A stretch of 64,000 bases of DNA, filler included, from Reclinomonas americana ATCC 50394 (lineage: Eukaryota): the NCBI GenBank assembly GCA_048213135.1. It is 8 parts of 4 records of this genome, joined end to end, with 100 filler letters (N's around TTAATTAATTAA, not from the genome) between each part and the next. Parts side by side here need not be neighbours in the genome. Positions count along the whole stretch, not along the records: positions 12,968 to 25,614 come from PS015040.1; positions 25,715 to 47,014 come from PS015040.1; 6 more parts are not named here. One strand, written 5' to 3'. The position numbers were made by a program, and so were the translations under genes. Of this stretch, positions 24,947 to 38,261 are shown in pieces (within the stretch, counting starts at the first letter, position 1; each line of letters begins with the position of its first letter). The notes beneath the pieces were generated by a model. It ran no database searches, was not told the DNA's origin, and was given only the letters and a program-made list of their open reading frames with translations.

Positions 24947-27665
24947 CGAGCGAGGAGAACCTGTACCCGATTGCGGTGCTCATCGACGAGCTGAAGAATG
25001 ATGATGTGAATCTGCGACTCAACAGCATTGAGCGTCTGCGCACTATCAGTGTCGCACTGGGACCTGATCGCACTCGCGATGAGCTCATTCCCTTCCTCAC
25101 TGGTGCGTCTCCGTCCCCCACTGGCCACTCCTGCGGACGTTCTTTTATTTATAGTGATGTGTAGATATGATTGATGATGAGGAGGATGAGGTGTTGTTGG
25201 CGCTGGCGGAGCAGCTGAATGAGCGCTTTGTGGAGCTGGTTGGCGGCAGTGCACATGCGCAGACGCTGTTGGTGCCGCTGGAGACGCTGTGTGATGCGGA
25301 GGAGCCGTCTGTGCGCGACAAGGTCTTTGTGTGCGCGACGAGGGGGTGTTGTTGATTGTGTGCATGTGTGCTCATGCAAAGAGTTGTCTGCGCAGGCCAC
25401 CACCTCGTTGCGCTCGATCAGCTCGCGTCTGTCGAGCGACGTTGTGCAGGAGTTGTACTTGCCGCTGGTGCAGCGCATGAGTCGTCGCGATTGGGTGTCG
25501 TCACGTGCTGCGGCCACGGCGCTCTTCCAGGCGCTGTACCCCAATGTCGAAGCTCGTGTCAAGGCCGAGCTGCGAGAGTTTTGTCGCCTCTCCCTCCCTC
25601 TCTCTTTCCGTCCCNNNNNNNNNNNNNNNNNNNNNNNNNNNNNNNNNNNNNNNNNNNNTTAATTAATTAANNNNNNNNNNNNNNNNNNNNNNNNNNNNNN
25701 NNNNNNNNNNNNNNGCCTGGGTGCCATTATTAACACAAGCGTTGCGCCTATTATTGCACGTGCAGAACCTACAACCAGTTGTGCCACGATCCGTCGCCGC
25801 TGGTGCGCCGCGCCGCGTGCACCAACCTCGGTGCGTTTGCCGAGTGCGTGGAGAAGGAGGCGATCAAGACCGAGATTCTGCCGATGTTTGTGGCGCTGGC
25901 ACAAGACGATCAGGATTCTGTGCGTCTGCTCACCGTCGAGGCGGCGACCTCGCTCGGCAAGCAGCTCAACCAGGTTCGTGTCCAGTGAAAAATAGCTCGG
26001 GTTGTGCATTCGCCCGTGCTCACGTGTGCCACAGGATGAGTGCGTGACGTACTTGCTACCGACGCTGCGCAGCTCGACACAAGACCGCAGCTGGCGCGTG
26101 CGTTACATGGTGGCGAACAAGTTTGATCAGGTTTGTCTTTTCGTGTATTTTCGAGGCACACGGATATTTGTGGCCGGCTCTTGTAATATTTACCCCGCGC
26201 AACAGGTGTGCAAGATTATGGGTGCCCGCGTGACGCGGACAGAGCTGGTGAATGCGTTTGTGCGCCTGTGCGGCGATACGGAGGCCGAAGTGCGCACGGC
26301 CGCAGCACATCAGGTTGGTATCATTCATTTTCTTGTATGTTCTTCTCGATACCGACCCCTTGAGTACAGGTCAGCAAGGTGGCCAGCATGTTGACACCGG
26401 AGCAGATTGTCGAGTTCCTCGACTCTGTAAAAGCTCTCACACAGGATCCGTCGCAGCACGTGCGATGTTGCGTGCATGGTGGATGCATGTTTGCCCGTCT
26501 GCACCGCCTGACTTGTTTCCTTCGTTTTTTTGCTGCCTGTAGCTGCACTTGCGTCGGATATCATGGGCCTCGCACCGCTGCTGGGACGGGAAAAGACACT
26601 GGAGCTGTTGCTGCCGCTGTACCTGCGTCTGCTGAAGGACGAGTTTTACGAGGTCAGGCTCAATGTGATTGCCAAGTTGGAGGTTTGTTTGCGAGAAGCG
26701 AAGAGAGAGAGGCCTTGCTTCGTACCGAATGTGTGCGGTGACTGACTGGAAAAAATTGGTGCGCTACACAGGATGTGAACAAGGTCATTGGAGTGGAGCT
26801 GCTGTCGCAGTCTCTGTTGCCGTCCATTGTAGAGCTTTCGCAAGACCGCCAATGGCGAGTGCGCTTGGCGATCATTGATTACATTCCACTGCTGTCCACC
26901 GAGTTGGTGCGTGCTCGACGTAGCCACTGCCTTCTTCTGCTCTGCGAGCCACTCACTTTGCGATTGCGTTGCAGGGTGTCCGCTTCTTTGATGACGAATT
27001 GAGCACGCTGTGCATGGCGTGGCTCGGCGACCCGGTCTACTCGGTCCGTGAGGCCACGACCGCCAATCTGCGAAAGGTTCGCCAACTCTCTCTCTCTTTC
27101 TCATTCTCTGCATGTGTGTGCTGGCTTCATGGATGGACTCACATTGTCATATTCTGCGTGTGACAGGTGGTGGAGACATTCGGTCCCGAGTGGGCGCAGC
27201 ACTCGCTGCTGCCAAAGTTGGCCACGCTGGTCGACAACCGCAACTACCTGCACCGTTGCGTATACTGTGCTGCCATTTTCAGGGGAGTGCCTCACGTACT
27301 GATCCCGTTCACCTCCTCGGCAGGCATGACTCTTCTCTTCACAATTTCGACGCTGGCAAGCGTGATGGGCAGCGAGGGCATTGTGTCCTCGCTGTTGCCG
27401 CTGACTCTGCGTCTGGCCGGCGACACGGTGCCAAATGTGCGCTTCAACGTGGCCAAGACGTTCCAGACGCTGATTCCGCTGGTCGAGGGTCCGGTGGTGC
27501 AGACTCAAGTTGCGCCCCACCCAGTGTTGCCTCCCCGCAGCTGAAAAAATGTGCACTGACACCCGATTTTTTGTCGCACAGATCAAGCCGTGCTTGTTGA
27601 CTCTGAACGAAGACTCGGACGTCGACGTCAAGTTCTATGCCTCACAGTCGCTCAACCTGTGCTAA
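24947..27665 (+). CDS. PPP2R1A: PP2A 65 kDa scaffold (A) subunit, HEAT repeats; first exon probably in upstream gap
   Basis: [87 protein letters not shown]; 12 introns placed. Confidence 0.97.
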
Positions 27666-28037
27666 TGTCCAATGTGTGTGTGTCTGTCTGTCTGTCTGCC
27701 TCTGTATCTCGTTCTCTGTTCATTTTTCTTCACTCATCCCTCCTCGTAGCTTTCGCCGCTGTCTCTGTCTCTCTCCCTATTTCTTTCTTTTCTCACTCTT
27801 GCTTTTGTCATCGCTGCTCGGTCCCCTCCTCTGGTGCGCGGATGCCACCGTGACGTCGAGGTGCGAGGTCGTGCATCGTATGGTATGCGCGCGCCTCAGT
27901 CTCTCTCTAGCGTTCCCATTTGGTTGCCCTTCCCCGACTGTTTGTGTGCACGTGTTTGTGTGAGAGTCGCTGTGTACGGTTGTCTCATTGATGATGTCTC
28001 CACACACGCACACACCACACACAACGAACGGCGTGCT

Positions 28038-28559
28038 TCAGAGTCGCGCGCGCAACGCCGACTTGTCCACATACATGTAGTACTTGCGCAGGCGGCGAAC
28101 CGTGTGCCACGTCTGTGACCGAATGAGCTGCACGAAGAGAAACACACACACGCGCGGGGAGAGACAGACAGAGGCCACGTACCCCCTTGAAGCCGGCAGG
28201 GATAATGGCGGCGTCGCCCTTGAGGAAGCGCTGCTCGGAACCATCGACCGACTTGACAATCGCCTGCCGACATGCATGCAATCTCAATGCACAATCACCC
28301 TCTCCCCTCTCCCCTTGCACACGCACACACGCACCTCGCCCGAGATGACCACAAACAGCTCATCAGCATCGGCCGGCTGCTCAAACGCCCACTCGCCGGC
28401 CTCACTCTGCCACACACCCGCCAACACTCCACCACTCTTCTCGTCCTTCCAGCACTCCTCAGTGGTCCATGTCGGCGTGCCACGGATGATCGCACCAGGC
28501 AGCGACTGCGTGCGCTTGGAGCCGGGGCAGTGGGCACTGGAGACGCGGATGAGCTGCAT
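28038..28559 (-). CDS. Small cupin (DUF861/Cupin_3, EutQ-like) with a C-terminal PTS1-like ARL
   Basis: Three exons: AGVWQSEAGEW...DELFVVISGE|AIVKSVDGSEQRFLKGDAAIIPAGFKG|TWHTVRRLRKYY...RARL*. Confidence 0.82.
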
Positions 28560-28631
28560 GTGAGCGAGAGGTGAATGGGGCTCGCGATCGCACTCTGTCT
28601 CTTCGTTGTTTGTGCCTCTCTGTCGGTGACG

Positions 28632-30166
28632 ATGCTCGGCGTGTTGTCACGGTGTTGTCGACTGTTTACCACACGAGGCCGTCGCACACTCAAAGGCGAC
28701 AAGGACTCGTTACGTCAACAAGCTTGCATGTCTCTGTATCTCGTTCTCTCTCACACACACACTTGCTGTGTAGATCGACTCGATGGCTGGTGCGACAAGA
28801 CCGCGATCCGTGGGTGGAGCGTTCTCGTCGGCTCGGCTACCGATCGCGATCGGTGTTTAAGCTGCAACAGGTGGACGACAGCATGCATTTTCTGCTGCCG
28901 GGCATCCGCGTGGTCGAGCTGGGCTCGGCGCCTGGAGGGTGGACGGAGGTGCACTGCCTCCTTTCCCTGTGCCTGTTTCTCCTTCTCGCCAGCTCACAAT
29001 GGCCCATTACAGTTCATTCGCGATCGGATTCACTCGGCGGCGGCGCAGTACGATCCAAAGGCACCGGTGCCGCCCAGTTGCGCTCGTGACCTTCTTCTGC
29101 GTGTCGCTGACTCCCTTCGACTCACTCGTTGTGTGGCAGTCAAGTCGCGTTTTCGCGTCGGACAGCGGCCTGACCGCGGATTGCTGATCAGTGTGGATCT
29201 GGCTGGTGCGGGCGTGCGCTCGCTCTCTCAGTCTTGCTGCATGTGGAGTGCGCTGCTCATGTCGTCTATGTGCGCGCGCAGACATGGATCCGGTGTCGGG
29301 CTGCACGTTTATCAAGGGCGATTTCACGGAGCAGGCCACGCAAGACAACATTCTGCGCGCCCTCAACTCGTACGAAGCCGACGCCGTGCTGAGTGACATG
29401 GCGCCCAACACCACCGGCAACAACCAGCTGGATCACATTCGTATCATGGTCTGTGTGTGTGTGTACACGCAGGGTGTTCTTCTCGTGAGACTCACGCGGG
29501 GACCACAGGAGCTGGCCGATCGTGCTCTCGATTTCGCCTTGACGGTGCTGGCTCCCGGCGGTGTGTTCCTCGTCAAGGTCTTTCAGGGCAAAGAAGGTGA
29601 GCGATGCACCCCTTTAGTCGACGGCCAGTTTGTCGCCTCCACTCACGCCTGTGTGTGTCGCAGTGAGTGCCTTTGTACAACGTCTCGAATCGCTGTTCGT
29701 CTCGTACAAGTACGTCAAGCCGCCGGCCTCGCGCGACGAATCCCCCGAACTGTACATCCACGCTTTCGGCTTCGTGCCGCCATACATGGGGCAAGTTGTC
29801 GACAAGTACCTCGACGAACCAACCTCGAGCTCGGCGGCGGCCGCCGAATTCGAAGCAGCAGCGGCCTCCGCGGCCGCCGCAGCCGCCGCCGCAGCAGAAA
29901 GCGCACGGGCCACCGACGAATCAACCGAGGAGAACCGGCGCCTGCTGGCCGAGCTCATGCAGCTGAGTCTGCAAGGCGGCACAGCAGCAGCAGCATCGGC
30001 GAGCGCACTGCGACGGTCGACGTTTGTCGATGACGAAGAAGGCGAAATAGAAGTGGATGACGATGACGAAGAAGACGAGGAGGAAGACGACGATGACGAG
30101 GAGGATGCCGAGGAGGCCGAGTTTGAAGAAGCGCCGCCGAAACCAATTGCAAGACGACGGAAGTGA
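28632..30166 (+). CDS. MRM2: RlmE/FtsJ-family rRNA 2'-O-methyltransferase, MRM2-like
   Basis: STRWLVRQDRDPWV, YRSRSVFKL, VVELGSAPGGW, IKGDF, VLSDMAPNTTG, FLVKVFQG, KPPASRDESPELY; Arg-rich, acid-free N-terminus resembling a mitochondrial presequence. Confidence 0.85.
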
Positions 30167-30464
30167 AATTGGTGATGGAGCGATGGGACACCATGACGAA
30201 ACGAACAAACGCCCAACCCCTCTCGACCAATCAATCACGATTTTCCCTCAGCGCGCGAGAGAGAGAGCCTTCCTTTCCTTCCCTCCTTCCTTCTTTTCGC
30301 TCTCCACCAATGGCCCGCTCACCGACCTCCTACCAGCCGCCTGCTGAGATCACTCCCAGGTTCGCACACACACCGCGAAGATCCATTCATGCAATCACTG
30401 CTCACTCGCGCCACATACGCACAGAGTCTCACACGCGGCGCTCCTCCTCAACTCTCCCTTCTCC

Positions 30465-31520
30465 ATGATGTCATCCGCCTCCTCCTCCTCCTCCTCCGCC
30501 GGCTCACCATGCTCCCTGCTGTTGTGGGAACAACGTCGTCAGCAGTTGCGCGCGCGCACACATAACACCAACAAAAGAAGGCGTTTGACGCACTCACACA
30601 CTCTCTCTTTCTCTCTCATCAGTGGCCGCCCATCTCGTCTCGCCGAGGACTGCTGCGCTGACGATGTCGATCGCGTTTCGGGGGGCGTTTCGTCACGATC
30701 GGACACCATTGTTGTTCCCGCCGTGTCGGGTATTGCACAGACGCGCTTGTCGGCCAAGCAACTCTTGCAACGATTCTCCACTGTTCAGCAACAGCAGCAG
30801 CAGCAGCAAATGCCGCTTCCACTGGCTCCGGCCTCACGACGAGGTTTGTCTGGCAAACTGACCAACTCGCAATTGCAAATCAATCAGCGACTGACGTTGA
30901 CTGTTGTATGTGTGTAGTGTATGATGATCGCATGCCTGCACCAGTGCGTCGCCCGCTATCACCACCCGCGCGATCACGCAACTATGATGAGGTTGGTGTG
31001 GACGTTGGCTGTTTTCCGTGCACCACGAGAAACGCTCATTTTGCCGTCGTCGTTGTGGTTACAGTGCGCGTACTTGGCGCGGGATCCGTCGGCACCGGAT
31101 CTGTTTGCGAGTCGGCGTGGTGGAGCGTCGTCGTTGGTTAGTGGATCGCGGCATAGCAGCCCGGGATCGCGACCGTCGGGATTGCCGCCGTTGCATCCGC
31201 GGAGACCCTCCGACAAGTCCACCTCGTCGAGTCGGTGCGCCTCCGAGGCCGCCGCCGATGACATGTCGCCGCCGAAGAAGCACCAGTCGACCGCCAGCAC
31301 CACCACCGCAGCAGTACCGCCGCCAGCGCTGCCGCCATCTGCCTCCCGCGCAGTGTCGCAGCCGGAGCAACGGCCACCTTTGCGCGAAATCACCTCGATG
31401 CGGAAGAACGCTGGCGATGTACGGGAGCACCTCTCGCAGATCCTGACGGGTCCCGCTCTGCCGACGCATTTTGGCGCGCTGCACCGCGCGCCGCTGTGCC
31501 CCATCAAGAGCAACACATGA
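30465..31520 (+). CDS. Hypothetical Ser/Pro-rich disordered protein with a D-box-like RPPLREITS
   Basis: Splice-compatible exons and a long final exon (31064-31520); no recognisable globular domain. Confidence 0.45.
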
Positions 31521-31804
31521 GCCGCTCTCCACCTTCCCTCCCTCTCACTGTTTATTGATTCTTGTTTTGGCCGCCGTCTCGGGCGTGCACGTGTGATATG
31601 GTTGTTTACCGATTTCTCCTTCTTCTCTCCTCTAGAAAAAAACGCCTTCCTTTCTGTTTATCCGACCCTGTTTATGACAAACGAGAGACTCGAGAGTGAA
31701 ACTCGATTCCTGTTTATGAGAACCATTTTTTCTTCTTCTTCTTCTTTGTCATCTTCTTCAAACAATAGCAACAACAGCAACAGCCTCTTCTCTCCGCCCC
31801 GCTA

Positions 31805-34511
31805 TCACGTACGACGACGCTTGCGCGGAAGCGTCACAAATTTTGGCCGATCCACATAGTCGCGCCCATTGCGCAGCGTACCAATGACCAGCGCCACTGT
31901 CACACCCACCCACAGCAGACCGAAAACAAAATTCGCACCACGGCCAATGTCTGTGCGCACACACCACGATCAGCCCAAGAGAACCACGGTATGCACCGGA
32001 AATCTGACAGATCTACGCAACTGGCCAGCGGTGCCACAAAAAGATTGGCAATCACCATCAGCACACCGAGCCCAAGAATGAACATTAGCAGCGGCTGCAC
32101 TCGTCACAAAACAACAACAGCATCAGCATTCACACCCACACAAGTAATGTGGCAGCGCATTGTTGCATCACGAACCCACAGCGAGGCCTCACGCAGCGGA
32201 GTCGACGTGCGCGGGTGCTCCTCCGGATTGATCACCGTGTCGCCGACCGCCAGCGAAATGGAATCCTGGCGGTAGCCGTCGCGGAAGTTCTGCAGGTAGT
32301 AGCGCTGCAGGGTGTTGACGCCATCGTTGACCATGCCCATCAACGAGCGCTTGCCGGTGCGCGTAAAGTCGGTCTTCAGTGCTCCAGAGCCGGCGTACAG
32401 CAAGCTGATCTGGTCGGCGTTGTCGGCCCACGTGGTCTTCAAGATGCTCTCGAATAGCGGCGACACATCGGCAATCACGTCGCTCGCTCGAATCACATTG
32501 ACGGCCACCAACTGCGCGTGCAGCACCTCACGTGCAAACACACTCTGCACCACATTCGTGCGGTCGAGGCAGTCGATGCAGTTGACGCGGAAGACGCCGT
32601 GCTGCACCTTCTGCATCTCGTTGTTGGAGCTCGTAAAGTGCGAGTAGCTGCGCAGAGAGGTGATTGAGTGCGGCGATCTTCACAAAAGAGAGAGACAGAG
32701 ATGGAGCAACTCACCCGTACTCCTGCAGCTGCACACGCACAGCATCCACCAGCTTGGAGAGGCGATCGTAGCGCATCTTGGCGCACTCGGTGTGGAAGTC
32801 AAAGTGATGGTAGCTGAGGCACACAGCGCCGATGAGCGCCCCTGTCTCTCACACACACATATATGCTTCACAAAAGCACACACCTCAGCGCCAAGTCACC
32901 GACGCGCTTCGACAGACGCTGGAACTCGGCGGCCAACGCGCCCTCGGCCTTCTTCGTGTCCACGAGGTTGATGGCGGTGGTGGGACCGTAGTGGTCCACA
33001 TGCGCCTCCATGTGGCGACGGAAGGCGTTGAACTGCCAAGGGTGGTGAGTGCCCAGAAAAACACCACTCCAGTCATCCGTCTGAGACGCACATGCAACTG
33101 CGGATCCACGTCCTGCATCGTCGGCACCGGCTTCAGCTTCAGGTTGGCCACTTGCTCCCAGAACAGGGGGATCGATCCGCGAGTCTGCACAAACGACATG
33201 ACATCCTCGTCGCCAGCTGCCGAGCACAGAGGTAAGTTCACTGTGCCACACACAACAACAGCAGTGGCAGGGGTGGCGCACCGACAACAATCTGCTCGGT
33301 CTCCACAAAGTTGGCCACCTGCCCGTCGTCGTCCACACCACGGCGATTGAAGCGAGTGCCTGCGCGACGATCGACAATGTGTCAGTGCATACGTGGCAAC
33401 AATGTCGGAAATAGCAGATGCACGCACCAGCACGGTACCGGCTCTGTCGCGACAGCACCACGTACGTAATGGGAGTGTTGTTCAACTCAACATGCGACAT
33501 CGACAGGAGTGGAGCGTGAGAGTCAAGGAGTGCAGCCAGTGCGCAACAACGCCATGCCAGCAACAACAAGAAATGATGCAAAGGATATAGCCACGGACAA
33601 GTGGCACGGCCCACTTCCATTCTTCGGCAATGCCGAGCTGCTGCGCGTGCTGTCGGTTCCAGTAGAACGAATCGGCGGGCTGCGACAACGACAACGTGTC
33701 ACTGCATGAACAGAGAGAGTCCGCCCCGCGCGCCACACCAACCTTGACCGGCTCACGGCTGTTGAGGCAGCGCACGTGCTTGGTCATATCCCATCCATCG
33801 ACGCAGAAGAAGAACGAGCGCGAGGCATACACATTGATCAGCATGCCACAGTAGCGATCCTCATCGGCCGCCTGCAATCCTCCGAGTGTGAAACAACAAC
33901 GCAGAGACAACTGACAATGAGAAGGAGAGAGACCTGCTGCGCACTGAGCGCGGCGCGATTGGCAGGGACCAGCGGGACAAGCTCCACAGCATCCACACGC
34001 CACGCATGGTGCTTGAGCAGGCGCCCGACATGAGACGCCTGACTGATGAGCATCAGATACGGACCTGATCAAACGGATGATTAGCCAGCCAAGCCGCACA
34101 TAACACAAGATGCACACGCACCAGAGAGCAAGTGCACCACTCCAATGAGCCCGTACACATCACGGCCTTTGCTGTGCACCGACGGGCGCACCGAATCGTC
34201 GTCTGCACGGGGACAGGCAGTTGCACGTGAGTGATGTGAATGTCGCACACACAAACACACACACAAAGACGCACCACCCACTCGGCCGTGGCCTGTGCGG
34301 CGATCAATGGTCAACCAGCCGCCTGGCGCACTGACAGGCGCCGACTTGCCGGCCGCATGTTGCGCCTCTCCGCGAGAGATCAACACGCGATCACCATCCT
34401 AACACGTGGAGTGTGTGAGCAAGCAAGCGAGAGAGAGAGAGAGAGAGAGCGACAAGAGACAGGGTGGACACGCACCTCGTACAAGCGAAACGCCGGCGAC
34501 GACTGGGCCAT
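31805..34511 (-). CDS. SAC1: SAC1 phosphatidylinositol-4-phosphate phosphatase
   Basis: [49 protein letters not shown], catalytic [32 protein letters not shown], two C-terminal TM segments then [10 protein letters not shown]. Confidence 0.96.
33509..33588 (-). other. U12-type (minor spliceosome) AT-AC intron in SAC1
   Basis: Donor ATATCCTT, branch TCCTTGAC (33522-33529), acceptor CAC; removal restores the frame and the conserved ...VRGF... motif. Confidence 0.9.
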
Positions 34512-34590
34512 TCGCTCCACCAAGCAATCAACACAAACAGTGAGAGTGAGTCATCCACTGTCTCACTCATCTCCGATCGCGTGCGTGTGA

Positions 34591-35580
34591 ATGATTGCCA
34601 ACCTGAAGCAGATTTACTGCGCGTATGGCGCCTATCATAACAACACAATGTTGCGTTTCCCTTTTGCCGTGCTTGGTGTTGTTCCGCGCGCTGACTTGAA
34701 AACGAAAATGCACACTCTCTCACTCTGTCTCGCTCTCACGCGCGCATGTGTGCAGCAACAAGTGGGTGCACATTGTGTTTGTGCCCACGATTGTGTGGAC
34801 TGTGGCGGTGCGTGAGAGAGAGACACGGAATGTTCATCATGCATGCATAACGCGCGGAAGATTCTCATGTGGATTCCGCGCGCACACACACACACAGGTC
34901 TTCTTTGTGTACGCGCCCTTGACGCAGTTCCCGGCATTGACAGAACTCGGCGAGTCGATCGAGCAGGCTGTCGGCCTGGTCAGTCACGATGTGCACTCTT
35001 TGTTCCACTCGCGCAAGAGGTCATGACTTACCGCATGTTGCAGCCGGAGGGTGTGGCGGCACCGACGCTGGGTCTTCCAGTGATGCTGGCACTGGGCGCG
35101 TTCTACATTCTGCTGGAGCCCTTTGTTGGAGTTGCGCGCGAATGCACGTATTCTCTGTGCGCCGTACACGATCATGACGACTGCCAACGCAGCTGATCGA
35201 CACTGTGCTGCTGCTCGGCGCCTTCTTCTCCGCCAACTACTTTGTGCTGTCGTTTGGCTCGGATGTGGCGTGGAAGTACGCGCTGGCCATTCACGTCTTC
35301 AGCTGGATCATGCAGTTCATTGGACACGGTGCGTTCGAGGGACGCAAGCCGGCGCTGACCGATAACGCGCTGCAGATCTTCTCTGCGCCTTTCTTTGTGA
35401 CCATGGGTGCGGTGCATGAGTCGACGATGACATACTCTGTCAGTGGACGTGCTCACTGGTGCAAATGCAGAGCTGCTGTTCATGGTCGGCTATCGTCACC
35501 AGACGCACGTCGAGTGCCAGAAGGAGATCGATCGCCGCATCGCGCAATGGAAGAGCGAGACGACCAAGAAGTCCAAGTAA
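34591..35580 (+). CDS. MPO1: Mpo1-like (DUF962) 2-hydroxy fatty acid dioxygenase membrane protein
   Basis: YGAYHNN..NKWVHIVFVP, SWIMQFIGHGAFEGRKPALTDN, APFFVTMELLFMVGY; C-terminal KKSK; five introns. Confidence 0.9.
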
Positions 35581-35696
35581 GCGTGTCTGCTGTGGAAGGC
35601 CCTGCATGAACGACGACGAGCAAGGAAGGAAGGGCGTAGAAGGAAAGAGTAAAACGTCGCGTCCCAACCACATCGACATCGCAATCTCTGCTTGCC

Positions 35697-37890
35697 ATGA
35701 GTGAGGCCGCGCCTATTGAGCACCTCGATGGCCCGCCTCCCCCGGCCGCACTAGAGCGAAAGGCGGGCTCCAGTGCACTGCTCAATGCCGTCAGCAATGC
35801 GCTCGCGGCCGTGGCCTCAGTAGGTGAGACGCGCGTCTCTGCAGCGCGCGTCACTGGGCGCACCATGGGCGACAAGATCGTGCGCGACATTGCCTGTGGC
35901 GCAGAGCACACAGTGGCAGTCACAGGTGCGCGCGCGCGTACGGCCGTGTGAATGCTATGATCACGCATTTTGATCAGAGTCGTTGATGGTTTTCCACGCA
36001 CACACAGACGAAGGCGATATCTACACGTGGGGAACGCCTCTGGGCCAGCTCGGGCGTGGAGACACCGAGGCAGAGCCGCACGTGCCACATCGTGTGTTTA
36101 GTGACACGTACTCGGCGCATCGGAGAGCGGGTGCGCGTGCGGTGCAGGTGGCGTGTGGAGCGACGCACTCGGCCGTGGTGCTCTCCACGGGCGTGGTGCT
36201 CACGTGGGGACGTGGTGTCAATGGCGAGCTGGGCCTGGGCGATCATGTGTTTCACAGGTCGATGCCGACCGAGGTTCGTGGCGAGCTGGAGCAGAAGCGA
36301 GTGGCGCACGTTGCGTGCGGGTTGGCGCACACAGTGGCCCTGGCGGAGAGTGGCGATGTGTATGTGTGGGGACTGGGCGCGTCGGGGCAGCTCGGCCTCG
36401 GCGATCAGGAGACACGGCGTGCGCCTGTGCTCGTGCACGCGCTGCAGGGCAAGCGTGTGGTGCAGGTGGCCGCCGGTCTGCAGTGCACGGTGGCGCTGTG
36501 TGAGAACGGGACCGTGTATGTGTGGGGCACGAGTGTCGTGGATGACAAGGATGTGTGGCTGTATCCGCACCCGGTCGAGGGTCTCGAGCGGCGCGGCGTG
36601 AAGCAGATTGCCGCCGGCGGTCATCACTTTCTCGCTCTCACTCGTTGCGTCCGTCAGTCGCCCTGCCAGCCTAGCGCGCGCGTTGAAGAGTCGTCGCTGA
36701 CAATGTGTGCGTGTTGCAGATGCGGGCGAGGTGCTGTCGTGGGGCTGTGGAATGCGTGGTCAGCTCGGTCACGGAGACCGACGCAACTGTCGCTTGCCCA
36801 CGGTCATTCGCACCCTCTCCGCCCCCTTCTGTGTGTGCTTTGTGGCCGCCGGTCTCTCGCACTCGGTGGCGATTGGCGATACGGGTGAGGTGTTTGTGTG
36901 GGGTGCGTCGGCCAAGGACTCCCGCAAGGACAGCATGAGCCCGCTGGAGGCCGTCGATCTGGCCGATGTATCGGTGCGCGCCGTGGCCTGCGGCTGGGCG
37001 CACTCGGCCGCCATTAGCAGTTGCGATTGCTGTGCGTTTGGTGGTGCAGTTTGCTGACGCTCACCCCTTCCATCTCCGGGTGACAGTCGAGGGTGCCGTG
37101 GTGACGTGGGGAGTGGAAAGTGAACGCGGCATGCTCGGACATCCGCCACAGGAGAGCAATGCGGCCGTGGTGCTGGACGACGCTCCGATCGAATCCTTTG
37201 TGCTGCCGCCGCAAAGCGAGGCCGCCAAGCGCGTGGCCACCTCCCTGGATCCCTCGGTGGCCAGCAGTACTCGTGCTCCGCGCAAGATGTACCTCGACAG
37301 AGCGGCCTCCATCATGGCGTCGGTGCGTGAGCATTATGAGAGAGAGAACGAGATGGAAGGGTAGTGTCTCACACTGTTCTGTTTTTCGCACATCGCAGCG
37401 ACTTTCGGTGCCCTTCCGTCCCTCGGGCAAGAGAACTCGTACGCAATCTTCGTCGGCTGCAGCCATGGCGGCCGCCGTCGCTGCGTCGCCGACCATGCGC
37501 CCCGCTATTGTCGGCTCCCCACTCGCGGCGGCTCGTGGCCTGTCGCCCATGTCGGCATCGCTGCCGCAGTCGCCGCGTATCGAGAGTCGACCCACACCAC
37601 GCATGTCTGAGAGTTTGCGACAGTCGCCTCGACGGTTCGCCCCCGGACCAACCATTCCCGAGGCACTCGGTGCGCTTCCTCATTCTTGACACCGACAGCC
37701 CCATGTTTCCTCACTCGTGTCCCCCTTCGTCGGCCAGACATGCTCACGGCGGATCCACCGACCAACGTGCTGCTCATCCGCGACGAAATCCGCCTGCTCT
37801 CCGACAAGTTGGAGCGGTTCAGCCACGGTCGGCGCAATCACAGCTCACTGGTTCACCGCCTGCGCAGCGAGGTCGTTGGCTTGCGTGACC
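35697..37890 (+). CDS. RCC1-repeat beta-propeller protein (N-terminal part; may be one gene with the downstream ankyrin region)
   Basis: Repeats IACGAEHT, VACGATHS, VACGLAHT, VAAGLQCT, IAAGGHH, VAAGLSHS, VACGWAHS with WG..GQLG; reads open into the gap. Confidence 0.88.
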
Positions 37891-37910
37891 NNNNNNNNNN
37901 NNNNNNNNNN

Positions 37911-38261
37911 TCGCCCTCGTGATTCTCAGCCGCAGCTTGCGTCAGTTTCGCCGCCCGCTGCTCGTCGGCCATCAGCTTGGCCAGCACATCCAGCTTCTCA
38001 CGCAAGGCGCACATCTCGTCGTGGATGTTTTCCAGCTGCTGGTCCTCGGAAACCACCGTGCGAGGCGACATTCCGGGCACGGGTGCCATGCGCGGAGTGG
38101 ACGGACTGGTGACGGAGATGGCGCGCTTGAGACTGGCCGATGTCTGCGGCCGCGGCGAGGCCGCTTGCGAGGCGGCGGAGAGGGGAGGACGGGGAAGTGA
38201 TGGTGGTTGCGGCGTCGGGCTGCCTGTCACATCAACAGTGCCACCGGTGGCCGCAGTGAGG
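37911..38261 (-). CDS. Ser/Pro-rich plus coiled-coil exon fragment on an inverted contig, likely part of the RCC1/ankyrin gene
   Basis: Open frame ...SPSTPRM...EDQQLENIHDEMCALREKLDVLAKLM... resembles the + strand IRDEIRLLSDKLE segment; gaps on both sides. Confidence 0.5.
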
